Shown in pieces: positions 46,605 through 59,482 of a DNA stretch of 62,564 bases. Location: positions 228,838 through 291,401 of the forward strand of contig BLSG01000084.1 of NCBI GenBank assembly GCA_012862495.1, given 5' to 3'. The notes under the pieces were generated by a model. That model had not been told where the DNA came from. It did no database searches and saw nothing but the letters and a program-made list of their open reading frames with translations. Both the position numbers and the translations under genes were made by a program. The number at the start of each line of letters is the position of its first letter. Within the stretch, counting starts at the first letter, position 1. This DNA comes from Thraustochytrium aureum. Lineage: Eukaryota.

Positions 46605-48535
46605 ATGCGCGCAGATATCACTGTAGCGCTCGTTGCAGCGGTCTGGCTATCATGCAGTGTCGCAGACGGGGCCGACCCACGAGCGGGGCTCGCCAGCGAG
46701 ATGCACACCAAGATCAGCGACCCCTCAAACCGCGTGAGCGCAGCGGCGCCCGAAATCGAAAACCTGCTCTGGGAGGACCTCGTGGCGGAAGTGTTCGAGG
46801 TTGAGCGCATACAAGTGATTTCTAGCGAGCGGACGCTTCTAGAAATGCTCACTCAAGCTGCGACGCAGCTTGGGCCTGTGCTGCGGCTGAGCACCAGCGC
46901 ACACGACGATTCTGTTACGGCCATTATCAGCACCGGCACCGCTCACGTCATTGCGCACGCCTGGCCGAGGCAGGCGTATGTGTCCATGGACATAAGCATC
47001 GCTGCTGACAATCCCCACGGAGCCAGAGTTGCCGCGGAAGTCGCTTCCGCGCTCGGCGGCAGCCTCTTCGTCGGCGCAACGCTCGCGCGCGGCAACCCGT
47101 CCGAGCCGGCACCGTTCCAAGCCCTCAGGATGCAACCGCGCCAAGTCGAACAAATGGAGAACGTTTCCGTCAGCGTAGAGCATGGGCGCGCTTGCGGCGG
47201 CGACGGCTTTGCCGTTCTAGAAACGGTCAAGCAAGACGGCGTCGCCACTGCGCTCGTTCATTGCGAGTCATCGGGGGAGAAGTGCATCACCGTCGATGGT
47301 ATCTTACAGGCGTGCAAGTCCTTCCCACCGGCGGTGCCCGAGGTTTTCGTTCATCTGCCACTTGCCTTTTTGAACTCTGGCACAGAGATTACAGTGCTGG
47401 TCCTTGGCGCTGCAGTCCTTGGTGTGCTCGACGAGCTCCTCAAGTACCCCAATGTGGCAAAGGTCGTGGTTGTTGAAGCGCATCAAGACACGCAGCGCCT
47501 GGCAGAGCAGCACCTCGGAACGCGTATGCATTTCCCGCTCGACCCTGCTCGGGACCCACGCGTAGAGTGGCAGTTTGGCAATGTTGCCGAGAGCCTAGAG
47601 AATCTCGCTGCACAAGGCGATACCTTCGAGCTCTTGCTTGTAGATGCCCCAGAAGTGCACGCTCGGGCCGTCGCCAGCGTCAGCCCAATCAGCGACGACG
47701 CGCCGACCGCTGCTAAAGGCCGCAGTATTCTGGACACCGTGGGCGATCTTGTGGCACTTTTGTCGCCCGGCGGCATTTTAGCGAAGAACAGCCTCGAACG
47801 CCTCCCCTTCGCCAACGACTTCAACGAGTACCTCGAGGTGGCCGTTCCCACAACCTCCTTGGGCGATACCACCTTTGTTCTTTTCTCCAACGGAGCGTCG
47901 CTTATGGCTCCCGGATTTGCCCAGTTTGGGGCTGCCGGCCCAGCCACACGATTCTGGAGCAGCTGTCCGCTGGAGCGCCTGGACCAACTTCGCGCTATCA
48001 CGGTTCGATACGTCAAGCGTGGCCTCGACTTTGCTGCACATGCCAACTTGGCCCAAACCCAAAGGAGCAAGCGGAATCACGACAGTGTCTCGCGTGACGA
48101 TGGCATTTGCCCAGATCCAGATTCGCAGCCTGCGCTGCTGAGGCCAAATCCGACCCTGACCGCGTTCTGCACGAGCAGTGGCGGCGCACACCATGCTCTG
48201 TCGTTCCGCCGTCAGGGTCTGCGATCCATATCAACTTTATCAATCTCGGTTCGCAACCGCTCGGCCTCGCATGGGTCAACCCGCAGTCCAACATGCCAGA
48301 GCTTGTTCTGCCAGAGCTCCGCACGAATACGAGCACCACGATCAAGACTTTCCCAGACCACAAGTTTCGTCTATTGACCAAGACTGGCGGCGCGGTAGCC
48401 AGCGTCGCCGTCGAGTCGCAGCTGCTTTCGCACCGTACGGTCATGTTTGAGCCAACTGGATCCTCCGGAGCGTACAACATTATCGCGGCGCGAAGCGAGC
48501 CCGTAAACCAGGGCAATTTCGCGGCCTCTAGCTAG
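46605..48535 (+). CDS. Signal peptide + degenerate AdoMetDC-like + degenerate aminopropyltransferase + VHL-beta-like domain (paralogue B); frameshift at ~48130-48200
   Basis: MRADITVALVAAVWLSCSVA signal; VTAIISTGTAHVIAHAWPRQAYVSMDI..LARG; CITVDGILQ..EVFVHLPLAFL..VLVLGAAVLGVLDELLKYP..DPRVEWQFGN; C-terminal INFINLGSQPLGLAWVN..IKTFPDHKF. Confidence 0.8.
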
Positions 48536-49123
48536 CTAGCTTGGCGCGCACGCCTTTCTCGTTCAGAGGTCGCTGTTGCCTCGTTTCAATCAAATGAACA
48601 AAGGCGAATGTACTCTATCTTTCCTGCGGCCCACGTGGCTGTATCGGAGGGGGCGGTTAATGCATGGCGAGCGAAGGAATCTCTCGCGCGAATGTGCTTT
48701 CTTCCGCCCAACGCCCTTCAGCAGGCCCGCATTATCCTCCGGAACGCTGGCAACAATACAAGGTATGGGTGGGCCAGCACAGACGCTCGTTCCCCTGGGG
48801 CGTGGCGCGCCGTGCTGCGCCCCGTGAAACGCCCACTGCGAGGGTACTCGAGGACACCGCACAAGTACTCCTGTACTGTAAGTAGGTACTAACCTCGGCC
48901 AGGAAGAGAACAATCAAACCTAACCTTAGCGGACTCGGGTTGTTATTGTATTTCGTTGCTCGTGGAGTTAGGGTTAGGTTTCTGTTAAAACCAAGGATGT
49001 GTGCGAGCTGGAAAAGGCCGTTGCGTTTTCAGGCCGACCCGGCCGTGTGCCAGGCGCTCGCTCGCTCGCTCACCAGTGATGATCGGGTTCGCAGACGCGT
49101 TGGCTGGCCGAATCCATCCCGCG

Positions 49124-51650
49124 ATGCATGGCCCCCGTAAACGACTGCCGTGGAGAAAGAGCAGCCCAGTTCTCCCAGACGGCTCGGCACTGCCATGCAG
49201 CACCGTCCTCGACAGCGGCTCGCTCGTGTGCGACAGCCGCGGGGTGGCTCTTGCGTGGCTGGTCGAGTTTACAGGTCGCCTGCTTCGCGGCGAAGAGGCT
49301 ATCGGAGTTGACTTGGTGCGAATAGGCGCCGCAGAGAATGTGCCCGCTGGCTTCGCCGGCCTCACCGGTCGGCTTGTTCAGGGCTGCGGAGGCGCGTGCA
49401 TGGACAAGAAAACCGCGCCCAGCGAAACCGTCCTTGTGACGGTCCCATTCTGCGAAGGCAACGTTGAACTAGCGGCGAGCTCCGTCGAGCACAAGCCGCG
49501 CGACCAATGGGACACAGGAGGACGTGTGCGAATTTGTTGTCAAGGCACACCAGGAAACGTGGAACGGGCGGGCGGCCGTACTTGGATGCCATCCCAGCTA
49601 GCGCGCTAGGCGCCCCGTGGAGGGGCACCTTTGTAAGCCAGGCACGTCGGTCGAGCTGGGTTGACCTGATCGCGGCCCTGCAGCGGTACTTGGCGCACAG
49701 CAAGGCGACGCCACAGTACGTGTGGCTCGGTAAGTTGATGGGACTTGGTGTACAGCTGTGCACGTGTGGCAGCCGCACCAGGAAAAAAACAACTAACACC
49801 GGCCGGTCTGGTAGACTTGCTAAGCGCCAACCAGAGCCTTCTCTGCAGCTCAACGGACGACGCGCGCAAAACGTACGAACGCGACCTCTGTACGGGTTTG
49901 CACAGCGTCATTGAGCACTTTGACGAATGCGTCGTGTTCTTCGACTCGTGGCGCAGTCCCAAACCACTGAAGCGTGCGTGGTGCCTCTGGGAGCTTGGTG
50001 GAGCGGCACGGTAAGTTGACTGGAAAATCCATCACGCCACGCCACGCCACGCCACACCACGCCACGCCACGCCACGCCACACCACGCGCGAATTCCCCCC
50101 GCTGACTTTGTGGAGGGCCTTTGTGGAAAAGTCTTCGAACAACAAGGCCAGCAGCGTTCACAATCGTATTTGCGCCCCAGGAAAGCGAGAGGTTCGTTCA
50201 GGATGGGCTGGTCCATCATATTGAAGACATCGCAAACTGCATTGCAAACATGGACGTTCGAGGCGCCGAGTGCCACTCGGAGAGCGACAAGGTGATGATC
50301 CACAATGACATTGCAGAGCGTCTACCTGGGGGCCACACCAGGCTCAACGAAATCATCGCCGGCCAGCTCCGCGCGTGGCTGGCAAGTTCAGCGCTCGATG
50401 CCATCGACTCGGCTCGCCTCCAGGTCAGCGAGCATCCGACCACCTGGCCGGCCCTGGCATCCTTGCTGACCAGTGCCGGTACACTGATGCAAGCGCACAG
50501 CGACAGGCTGGACAACGCCGAAGCGTTTCTGGAGGAGGCTTTGGGGATTTGGGAGGTTAACTTGAATGTCGACGCTTCAAACCTTGAATTGGCAGCGGGT
50601 TTGGCTCGAACGCTGCATGAGCTCGGCACGGTGCAAAGGCGGCGCGGGCGTCAGGTGGAAGCCGTCAAGACTTTTGAGCGCTGCCTAGCCCTTCGCGAAT
50701 CGCTCGGCGAGAGCGACCAAGTCTCCTTTGCGAACACGCTCAACAACCTTGCCGCAAGCTACAAGGACCAGGGACTTCTCGACAAGGCCCTGGCAGCAAA
50801 CGAGCGCGCTCTGTCCATAAAGGAGGCGCGACTCGGCCCCGACGACGTTTCCGTGGCGCGCACTCTGGGCAATATCGCAGAAATTCTCAGCAGCGGGTCG
50901 CAGCAACCGGAAAAGGCGCTATCTCTCTTGGAACGAGCCTTGCAAATCAAAAAGGACTCTCTGGGGCCGCGACACGAGTCGCTCGCGCACACCCTTCACC
51001 AGGCGGCTGCACTCCAAAAGCGAACGGGCGACTTGAAGGCTGCTCGTTTGCTGCTCGAGGAGGCAATAGGGATCGCCCGGGACAACGGCAAAGCGGCTGC
51101 ATTGGCCGACATGCTTAACGATCTGGGCAACTTTGATGTAGCCGAAAATCGGCTGGACCAAGCCCGGCAGCACTACGAGGAGAGCCTCGCGTTGAAGATC
51201 AGCGCGCTTGGCGAGCGCCACGCCTCCGTTGCCAAGTCGTTGCAAAACTTGGCAACCGTTCTTGACGCGCAAGGCGAGCTCGCGGCCGCACTTCAAATGC
51301 ACCAACTCGCTCTCGAGATAAAGGAAGAAACGCTCGGCCCCGCTCACGATTCGGTTTCCGTCTCGCTCCAAAACATGGGGTCCGTTCTGCAGCGCATCGG
51401 GCAGATGGACCGGGCGCTCGAGATGTATGGTCGAGCTGTTGCGATAAGGCAAGCCAAGAGCGGGGACCGCCACCCCGCAGTAGCAGACATTCGGTTCAAC
51501 ATGTGTCAGCTTTACCGTGCCAAAGGCGAGCTGGGCGTTGCTAAGGATCTGGCGCGATCCGTGCACGAGGCCTTCTTGGCGGGCCTCGGCGCCTCCCACG
51601 AGCGCACAGAGATGGCGCGCCAGCTGCTGGCCGAGCTAGCAACCAGCTAA
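49124..51650 (+). CDS. TIR/HET-like N-terminal domain + kinesin-light-chain-type TPR array
   Basis: Introns 49730-49814 and 50011-50131; frameshifts at ~49520 and ~49548. Motifs DVCEFVVK, FVSQA, YVWL|DLLSANQ and PLKRAWCLWE, followed by about 8 TPRs of the ~42-aa type (e.g. ANTLNNLAASYKDQG..DKAL). Confidence 0.82.
50033..50085. repeat. (CACGC)n pentanucleotide microsatellite in an intron
   Basis: About 10 units visible, slightly imperfect. Confidence 0.9.
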
Positions 51651-52103
51651 GCTGCTGGGACCTGCCGGTCGTGGAGAGTGGAGCTTGCAAGGACCAACAC
51701 TGGCAGGCGCGCTGCCAGTGTTTCAACTGCGCGAGAAGGTGCAAGCGTTCCCAATCCCTTGGTCCCAGAGGTGGTCTTCGCGAATGTTGGCAGGTAGGTG
51801 CCTTGACCCGCCCCTCTGGGTAGGGGGCGAGAGCGAAACCTTTCGACGAGAGCATGTCGACCAGAGCTCGCCTTCACCGTGTGTCGCGCTCTCGGCCAAT
51901 GCTCTGTGGAGCTCGATGCTCGAGCTGAACCCCACGCAAGCCAAGCTACAACAGGTCCATGTAAGCAGTAGGTTGCAGAGCAATACAATGAAAGCCCCCA
52001 AGGGCCTCGCTCGAGAAAGCGCTCAACCCGTGTGCTTTTGTCTTTCAATTTTCTTGATTGTTGATCTTGATCAAAGGAACCAGCTCAGCTCCAGGATAGG
52101 CTG

Positions 52104-53620
<1,517 letters not shown>

Positions 53621-54639
53621 CCCTCCAACCCTTGCGCGCGCTTCTTTCTCTCGATTCGCGATGGCCTCGACCCCGGCAAACCCACGCCGCGCAGAGCAAC
53701 CAACCGGGCAGCCACCCAGCTGTCGCAGGCAGGCAGGCAAGCGACAAGCGACGGACAATCGCTCGATCGATCGCAGGAGCACGACAGCTGCTGCACTCGC
53801 ATGTTCCTCTCTCTCGCGGCAGCAGACAGAGGCGCGCCGCGGGGCAGACAGAGGCTGGCGTCAGAGCAGACGAACACTGCCCAGCTCGCCCGTCGGTCAG
53901 CCGAGTTCGTGGAGTTCGCAGGATACTCGAGTACCGGTGGTACCGGTACAAGGAGACCAGGGCGACTGGGCGCCGGCGAACAGGGAGCCGAGCAGGGAAC
54001 TCTCACACGAGGCGCGCTCGCTCGGCGCGCTCGCTCGGCGNNNNNNNNNNNNNNNNNNNNNNNNNNNNNNNNNNNNNNNNNNNNNNNNNNNNNNNNNNNN
54101 NNNNNNNNNNNNNNNNNNNNNNNNNNNNNNNNNNNNNNNNNNNNNNNNNNNNNNNNNNNNNNNNNNNNNTGCCAAGCGCTCAGCTACGGATACTCTCTCG
54201 AGGTAGGGTATCTACTTGTGTACTCTGCTGTTCTCGACGCGACGTACAACGCAGGCAGCGACGGCGCTCCGAGCAGCCTCGAGCTGGCCTTGCTCCGACT
54301 CGGAGAGGCTGGGTTGCTTACCGGGGTCCGGCGGATGTTCCTCGGATGCAGGCCTGCTCTGATGATGACTTGGAGCCAGGATCCTCAGCGGTCGAAACCG
54401 CCGGCGAACAACGTTGCTGGAGAACGCAGAAGCGCCGCAACTCTTGTCCTGTTCGAGTTTGGTCGCCCTGGCGCTGGCTGGCCAATGCGCCAGGCAAAAC
54501 CCAAACAGCAGCGAGTTGGGCAGCAAAGAGACAACAGAGCACCTACCTACGTAGAGCACTTACCGTACTCGAGGACGGCAAGCGAGAGATTTGTTTCCGC
54601 TGACAGGACCGAGCTGACGAAAACCGAAGGCGGTCCACG

Positions 54640-56448
54640 ATGCGGACTCGAAGCCAGGAACCGCGCGACGAGGACAACCTCCTGAAGAAAGGGCTCCTCG
54701 AGGCAGGTGTGCAACGCCGCAAGATAGAAGAGCTCGAAGAACAGCTCAAGCGCCGCAAGAAGGACATCATGGCGGCCGTGGCCGTGGTCTCGCTCGTCTT
54801 TGGCGCCCTCCTGGTCGCCTGGTCGCACGGCTCGGTCGGGACTGGTTCGTGCTCGAGGTCCAGCGCGACGGAGCTCAGCCCGAGGCTCCAGCAGGCCATC
54901 GACGATGCAATGTCGCTTCCCCAAGACTCGCACGACGCGCTCGCCGAGCACCTTTCGTCATGGACCGACGCCATGCGCGGCGCACGAGGCAGTCTCTACG
55001 ACGCATCCGAGGAGGCGCGCAAGAAGGCGGCCGAAATGACCGGGCAAGTGACCAAGACGGCAGATGAGACGAGCGAGGCCGCCGCGAACCGGTTCGAAGA
55101 GTGGAAAGACTCTGTGACCAAGTCAGGGCGCTGCTGGCGCCAGACGCTGCGCGACATGCTCACTGGGAGCAAGGAGGCTACGAAGCAAGGTGCGGAAAAC
55201 ACGCTCGACAAGTTCGAGGCGTGGAAGCGCGCCGTGACGGATAGCGGGCAAGACTGGAAGAAGTCGCTCTTCGACAAACTCACCGACGCCAAGGAGGCGG
55301 GCAACGAGGCCCTCGCAAGTGGAGCAGAGGCGTTGCAGCCGGAACCCAAGACGTGGTCCGCGCAAGCGGAGCAGGACTTTGACGCCTGGAAGCGCTCCGC
55401 GGAGAGCAAAGGCGAGGACTTTAAGCAAAGCGTCTTCAATGCTCTGACAGAGGCCAAGCACAGCACCATGAGCTCCAAAGACGACGCCCAGGCCGCGCTC
55501 ACGCGGTGGAAAAAGTCCATGGAAGCCGCAGGCGAGGACTGGAAGCAGGCCCTGTTTGACCGCATCGAGCAAGCAAGCGGCAGGGGCCCGAAGACGTGGA
55601 CAGGCCAAGCGAAGCAAGCTTTCCAGCGGTGGAGCGACAGCGTGGCAAAGTCCGGCCGCAACTTCAAGGACGCCACCTTCGAGGCGCTTTCTGGCACTGT
55701 TGAGTCGGCTTCGCATGTTACCTCCAGCGCCATGGGAACGACGCGCGACGCCAGCAGCGAATACCTCAATGAATGGAAACAGGCCATGGCGAGGAGTGGC
55801 CGCGACTGGCGAGACGCTTTGCTCGACGCAATCGAAGACTCGCGCGACAACACCTCTCGCTCGTTCTCGCGAGCTCAACGTGACGCTGCCCACAAAGCTC
55901 GCCGCTGGAGCCAGGACGCGGAAGACAGCTTTGCCGCTTGGCGGGACGCAGTTTACGGCACCGGGATCGACTTTCGCGACAGCGTCTACCAAGTGCTTGG
56001 TGGGAAGCGATACACGGCCGGCCCGACAGAGAAGATCGCCAATGCGTTCGACCAGTGGAAGACCGACATTCGCCGTCAGGGCCGCGACTGGAAGGAAGCT
56101 CTCGAGGACTGGGTCTTTGAGACGCGCGACGTTGGCGCGACAGCTGCCCAAATCGGCGCCAAGAAGGCACGCCGTGCGTCGCGAGACTGGGGCAAGGCCG
56201 CGCAAGACAAGTTTTCCGACTGGCACGATGCGGTGGTCGGGAGTGGGCGCGACTTTGGTTCGAGTGTGAGCGATGCCCTTGACTCGGTGACGCCAGAGCA
56301 CGCGTCACCTGACGCGCTTCTCTCCAAGTTTGCCGAGTGGAAGGAGGCCATGGCGCAGAGCGGGCACGACTGGAGAGTCGCGCTCGAGGAATTTTTGTCC
56401 GATTCGGGCGACAAGATCAAGGAATTAACCCCTGGAACGACCAACTGA
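54640..56448 (+). CDS. Membrane-anchored protein with ten Trp-containing amphipathic repeats (602 aa)
   Basis: Intact ORF; TM segment IMAAVAVVSLVFGALLVAW; repeat F-x2-W-K-x5-SG-x-D-[WF]-K-x2-L. Confidence 0.8.
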   Translation: MRTRSQEPRDEDNLLKKGLLEAGVQRRKIEELEEQLKRRKKDIMAAVAVVSLVFGALLVAWSHGSVGTGSCSRSSATELSPRLQQAIDDAMSLPQDSHDALAEHLSSWTDAMRGARGSLYDASEEARKKAAEMTGQVTKTADETSEAAANRFEEWKDSVTKSGRCWRQTLRDMLTGSKEATKQGAENTLDKFEAWKRAVTDSGQDWKKSLFDKLTDAKEAGNEALASGAEALQPEPKTWSAQAEQDFDAWKRSAESKGEDFKQSVFNALTEAKHSTMSSKDDAQAALTRWKKSMEAAGEDWKQALFDRIEQASGRGPKTWTGQAKQAFQRWSDSVAKSGRNFKDATFEALSGTVESASHVTSSAMGTTRDASSEYLNEWKQAMARSGRDWRDALLDAIEDSRDNTSRSFSRAQRDAAHKARRWSQDAEDSFAAWRDAVYGTGIDFRDSVYQVLGGKRYTAGPTEKIANAFDQWKTDIRRQGRDWKEALEDWVFETRDVGATAAQIGAKKARRASRDWGKAAQDKFSDWHDAVVGSGRDFGSSVSDALDSVTPEHASPDALLSKFAEWKEAMAQSGHDWRVALEEFLSDSGDKIKELTPGTTN

Positions 56449-56642
56449 GCAATGCTATCTATGCTTGCCCCAGCAGCCAGCAGCCAGCAGCGCACCCGCG
56501 CCTCGGGCAGCCGGCCACACACGTTGTGAGTACCATGGAGTAGATAGATTTATATTTCAAGACAAGAGGACAATGCAATAAGATGAGACGTTCACTTCAG
56601 CCGCGCTGCGGCGCGGTGCGTTGTTGCGAGCCGGAACGCCAA

Positions 56643-57452
56643 TCAATCGTCCAGGGCCGGCATGTCCGCTAGGGCTACCTCGGCCTGTTCCCGGGCTCGC
56701 TCAGCGCTCATCTTGTGCTCGTGCTCGCGTTGAGCCTCGTTCTCCCGCTCGACCTGCTTCCATATCTTGTTTTGGAACAGGTTTTTCTCCTGCTTGCGGT
56801 AGTCTTTGGTGTACTGCAGCAGGCGCTGTTCGAGCGCCTTAACTCGCTTTCGAGCTGCTGCAACGCTCGCGTCGACCTTGACGGGGGTTGAACTAGAGGC
56901 TTGGGCGTCCTCGCCTGCGGCCGGGGCCTGCAACTCGATCAGCTGCCTCAGGTCCTCGCGCGCAGCGCGCAAGATCTCCCAGGCCTTTTCCACAACCCAG
57001 AACTCGCCGCGAGCCTCCTTTTCAAGCTCGAGCTCCAGGCGGCCACAATGCGCTAGGCAGCGCCGGTACAGGCCCTTGGCATTCCCCGCGTCGAGCTCGA
57101 GCGCTTTGTTGCAGTCCCAGAGCGCCTCTGAAGGCTGATTCAGCTTGGTCTTGGCCATGGCGCGGTTCAGATGCAGCAAGAGCTTGGCTTGATCGACCTC
57201 CCTGCGTTGGGCCTCGTCCAGAGCATAGTTGTACTCGTCGTTCGAGTAAAAAATGCCAACAAAAGCAGCGTCGTACGACTTGCGCGCCTCCTCGAACTTG
57301 CCGGCCCGGAAAAGCTCGTTGCCGCTCTCGCGGTCGCGGTTGCTAGCGGCCAGGCGTTCTTCAAAGCTGGGCGGCGGGTTCTCCGCCAGCCTGCGCCGCT
57401 CCTCTTCTTCGCGCTCCAGTCGCGATCGCTCCATCTCCTCTCGCGACGGCAT
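56643..57452 (-). CDS. TPR co-chaperone-like protein (FKBP/Cyp40-type TPR, no PPIase domain seen)
   Basis: RESGNELFRAGKFEEARKSY, LHLNRAMAKTKL and CNKALELDAGNAKGLYRR. Confidence 0.85.
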   Translation of the reverse strand: MPSREEMERSRLEREEEERRRLAENPPPSFEERLAASNRDRESGNELFRAGKFEEARKSYDAAFVGIFYSNDEYNYALDEAQRREVDQAKLLLHLNRAMAKTKLNQPSEALWDCNKALELDAGNAKGLYRRCLAHCGRLELELEKEARGEFWVVEKAWEILRAAREDLRQLIELQAPAAGEDAQASSSTPVKVDASVAAARKRVKALEQRLLQYTKDYRKQEKNLFQNKIWKQVERENEAQREHEHKMSAERAREQAEVALADMPALDD

Positions 57453-58281
57453 TGGCGGGAGGCTGTCCAGCCAGTCGACCAGCTCAATTCAAAAAGGACG
57501 TGCTCGTGCGGCANNNNNNNNNNNNNNNNNNNNNNNNNNNNNNNNNNNNNNNNNNNNNNNNNNNNNNNNNNNNNNNNNNNNNNNNNNNNNNNNNNNNNNN
57601 NNNNNNNNNNNNNNNNNNNNNNNNNNNNNNNNNNNNNNNNNNNNNNNNNNNNNNNNNNNNNNNNNNNNNNNNNNNNNNNNNNNNNNNNNNNNNNNNNNNN
57701 NNNNNNNNNNNNNNNNNNNNNNNNNNNNNNNNNNNNNNNNNNNNNNNNNNNNNNNNNNNNNNNNNNNNNNNNNNNNNNNNNNNNNNNNNNNNNNNNNNNN
57801 NNNNNNNNNNNNNNNNNNNNNNNNNNNNNNNNNNNNNNNNNNNNNNNNNNNNNNNNNNNNNNNNNNNNNNNNNNNNNNNNNNNNNNNNNNNNNNNNNNNN
57901 NNNNNNNNNNNTCAAATCCACCACCTCCACCACCAAAAACAACAACAAACAACAGCAGCAAGCCCGGCGGCAACAGCGACCAGGACAAACCGGGCCGAGA
58001 GCCCTCTCCGGCGCAAGGCAGCAGCGCGGACCAACGCAGGCGCGCTCGCTCGCTCGCTCGCCACAGGCGCACAAGACCGTTTGTTTCCCCCCCGAGTCGC
58101 CGCCCGCGCCGAAGAGCTCGCTTCTTCGCCCACTCCGCCTCCGCGCCAGGCGACCGTGCCAGCACCCGCTCGATCCGAGGCCCTGCGCAGCGCTGCGCAG
58201 CGCTGCGCGCGAGAAGCTCGACACAGGCCGGCCGGCCGGCCGGGGGCGCGAGCGGCGTGGGCTGCGCAGGCGCGAGGCGAC

Positions 58282-59482
58282 ATGTTTTCGGCGTCGGGCG
58301 CCGTGCTCGGCGTGAGCAAGCTGCCGTGCAGAGCCGTGCAAGCCGTGGCCGGACGAAGGGACAAGCACCTGTTCTTCGTGGGCACGACGAGTCTCGTCGC
58401 CGAGAACGAGGTGCACCTCGTGGAGTACGACGACGACTCCAACACGCTGAAAACCCGAGCCGTGCTGGCTCACCCGAATGAAATCTGGGACCTCGCGCCG
58501 CACCCCACGAGGGCTGACCTGCTGTTCACTTGCGCCGACTCGGGCACCGAGCGCGTGGGGACTCTGTTCAGAACCGCCGCCACAGACCGCGCAAACGACG
58601 GGGACGGCGCCCTTGGAGGCACGTGCGATCTTGAGGCGGTCGCAACGCTCCCAGCAGAGCCGCGTGCACTTCGCCGCGTGCTCTGGCACCCGGCGGACGA
58701 GGACGAGGACGAGGACTTTGATGGCGGAGCAAGCGGCGGAGAGGGGGGCGGCGCGGGCCGCGACCGAGCGCTTTGCGTCCGTTCACGACGGTCTAGTCCG
58801 GCTGTGGGACTTGACCGGGTCCCGTCTCGACGCGATCGGTGAATGCACCTTCCAAGAGGAAGATTTGCAGTCCTTTTCAGCCGGGTGGGACCCACACCAC
58901 ACGAACCAGCTCTCTGTAGGCCTGGGTGGCAACATCGAGACCGTGGACCTCCGAAGCATGTCGGTGGTTCAGCGTGTGGAGAGCGCCCATGAATCCGCCG
59001 TCCTCGACCTGGATTACAACCCGAACAAGCCGTACTACGTTGCGAGCGCAGGCGACGATCGACGCCTCAAGGTGTGGGACCTGCGCAAGCCCGGGCTTCC
59101 CGTGAAGGTAGTCATTGCGCACGGGCACTGGACCACACGCGCGAGGTTCAACCCCTGGCACGACCAGCTGCTGCTGACAGCAGGGTCCGATGCGATGGTC
59201 AACCTGTACAGGCTCTCCAGCATCTCCTCTGCGCCCTTGCTTGAGCTTGAGGCGGACGAGGGCCATGAGGGCCGTCCAAACGGGGCCGCCGGGTCTGCAG
59301 ACCCTGCTTCAGGGTCCGAGACTGCCGACGCGCTTGTAAAGTCCTACGAGGACCACAGCGAGAGCGTGTACGGGACGGCTTGGGGCGCGGGCGACGCGTG
59401 GGTCTTTGCAACGCTTTCTTATGACGGCAAGCTTGCGGTGAACCACGTCCCCTCCGCAGAAAAGTACAAAATTTTGCTGTGA
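58282..59482 (+). CDS. EIPR1: WD40 protein EIPR1/TSSC1 (EARP/GARP-interacting); frameshift at ~58750
   Basis: FFVGTTSL..ENEVHLVEY, LDYNPNKPY, HGHW..RFNPWHDQLLLTAGSD and HSESVYGTAW..WVFATLSYDG..VPSAEKYKILL. Confidence 0.9.
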
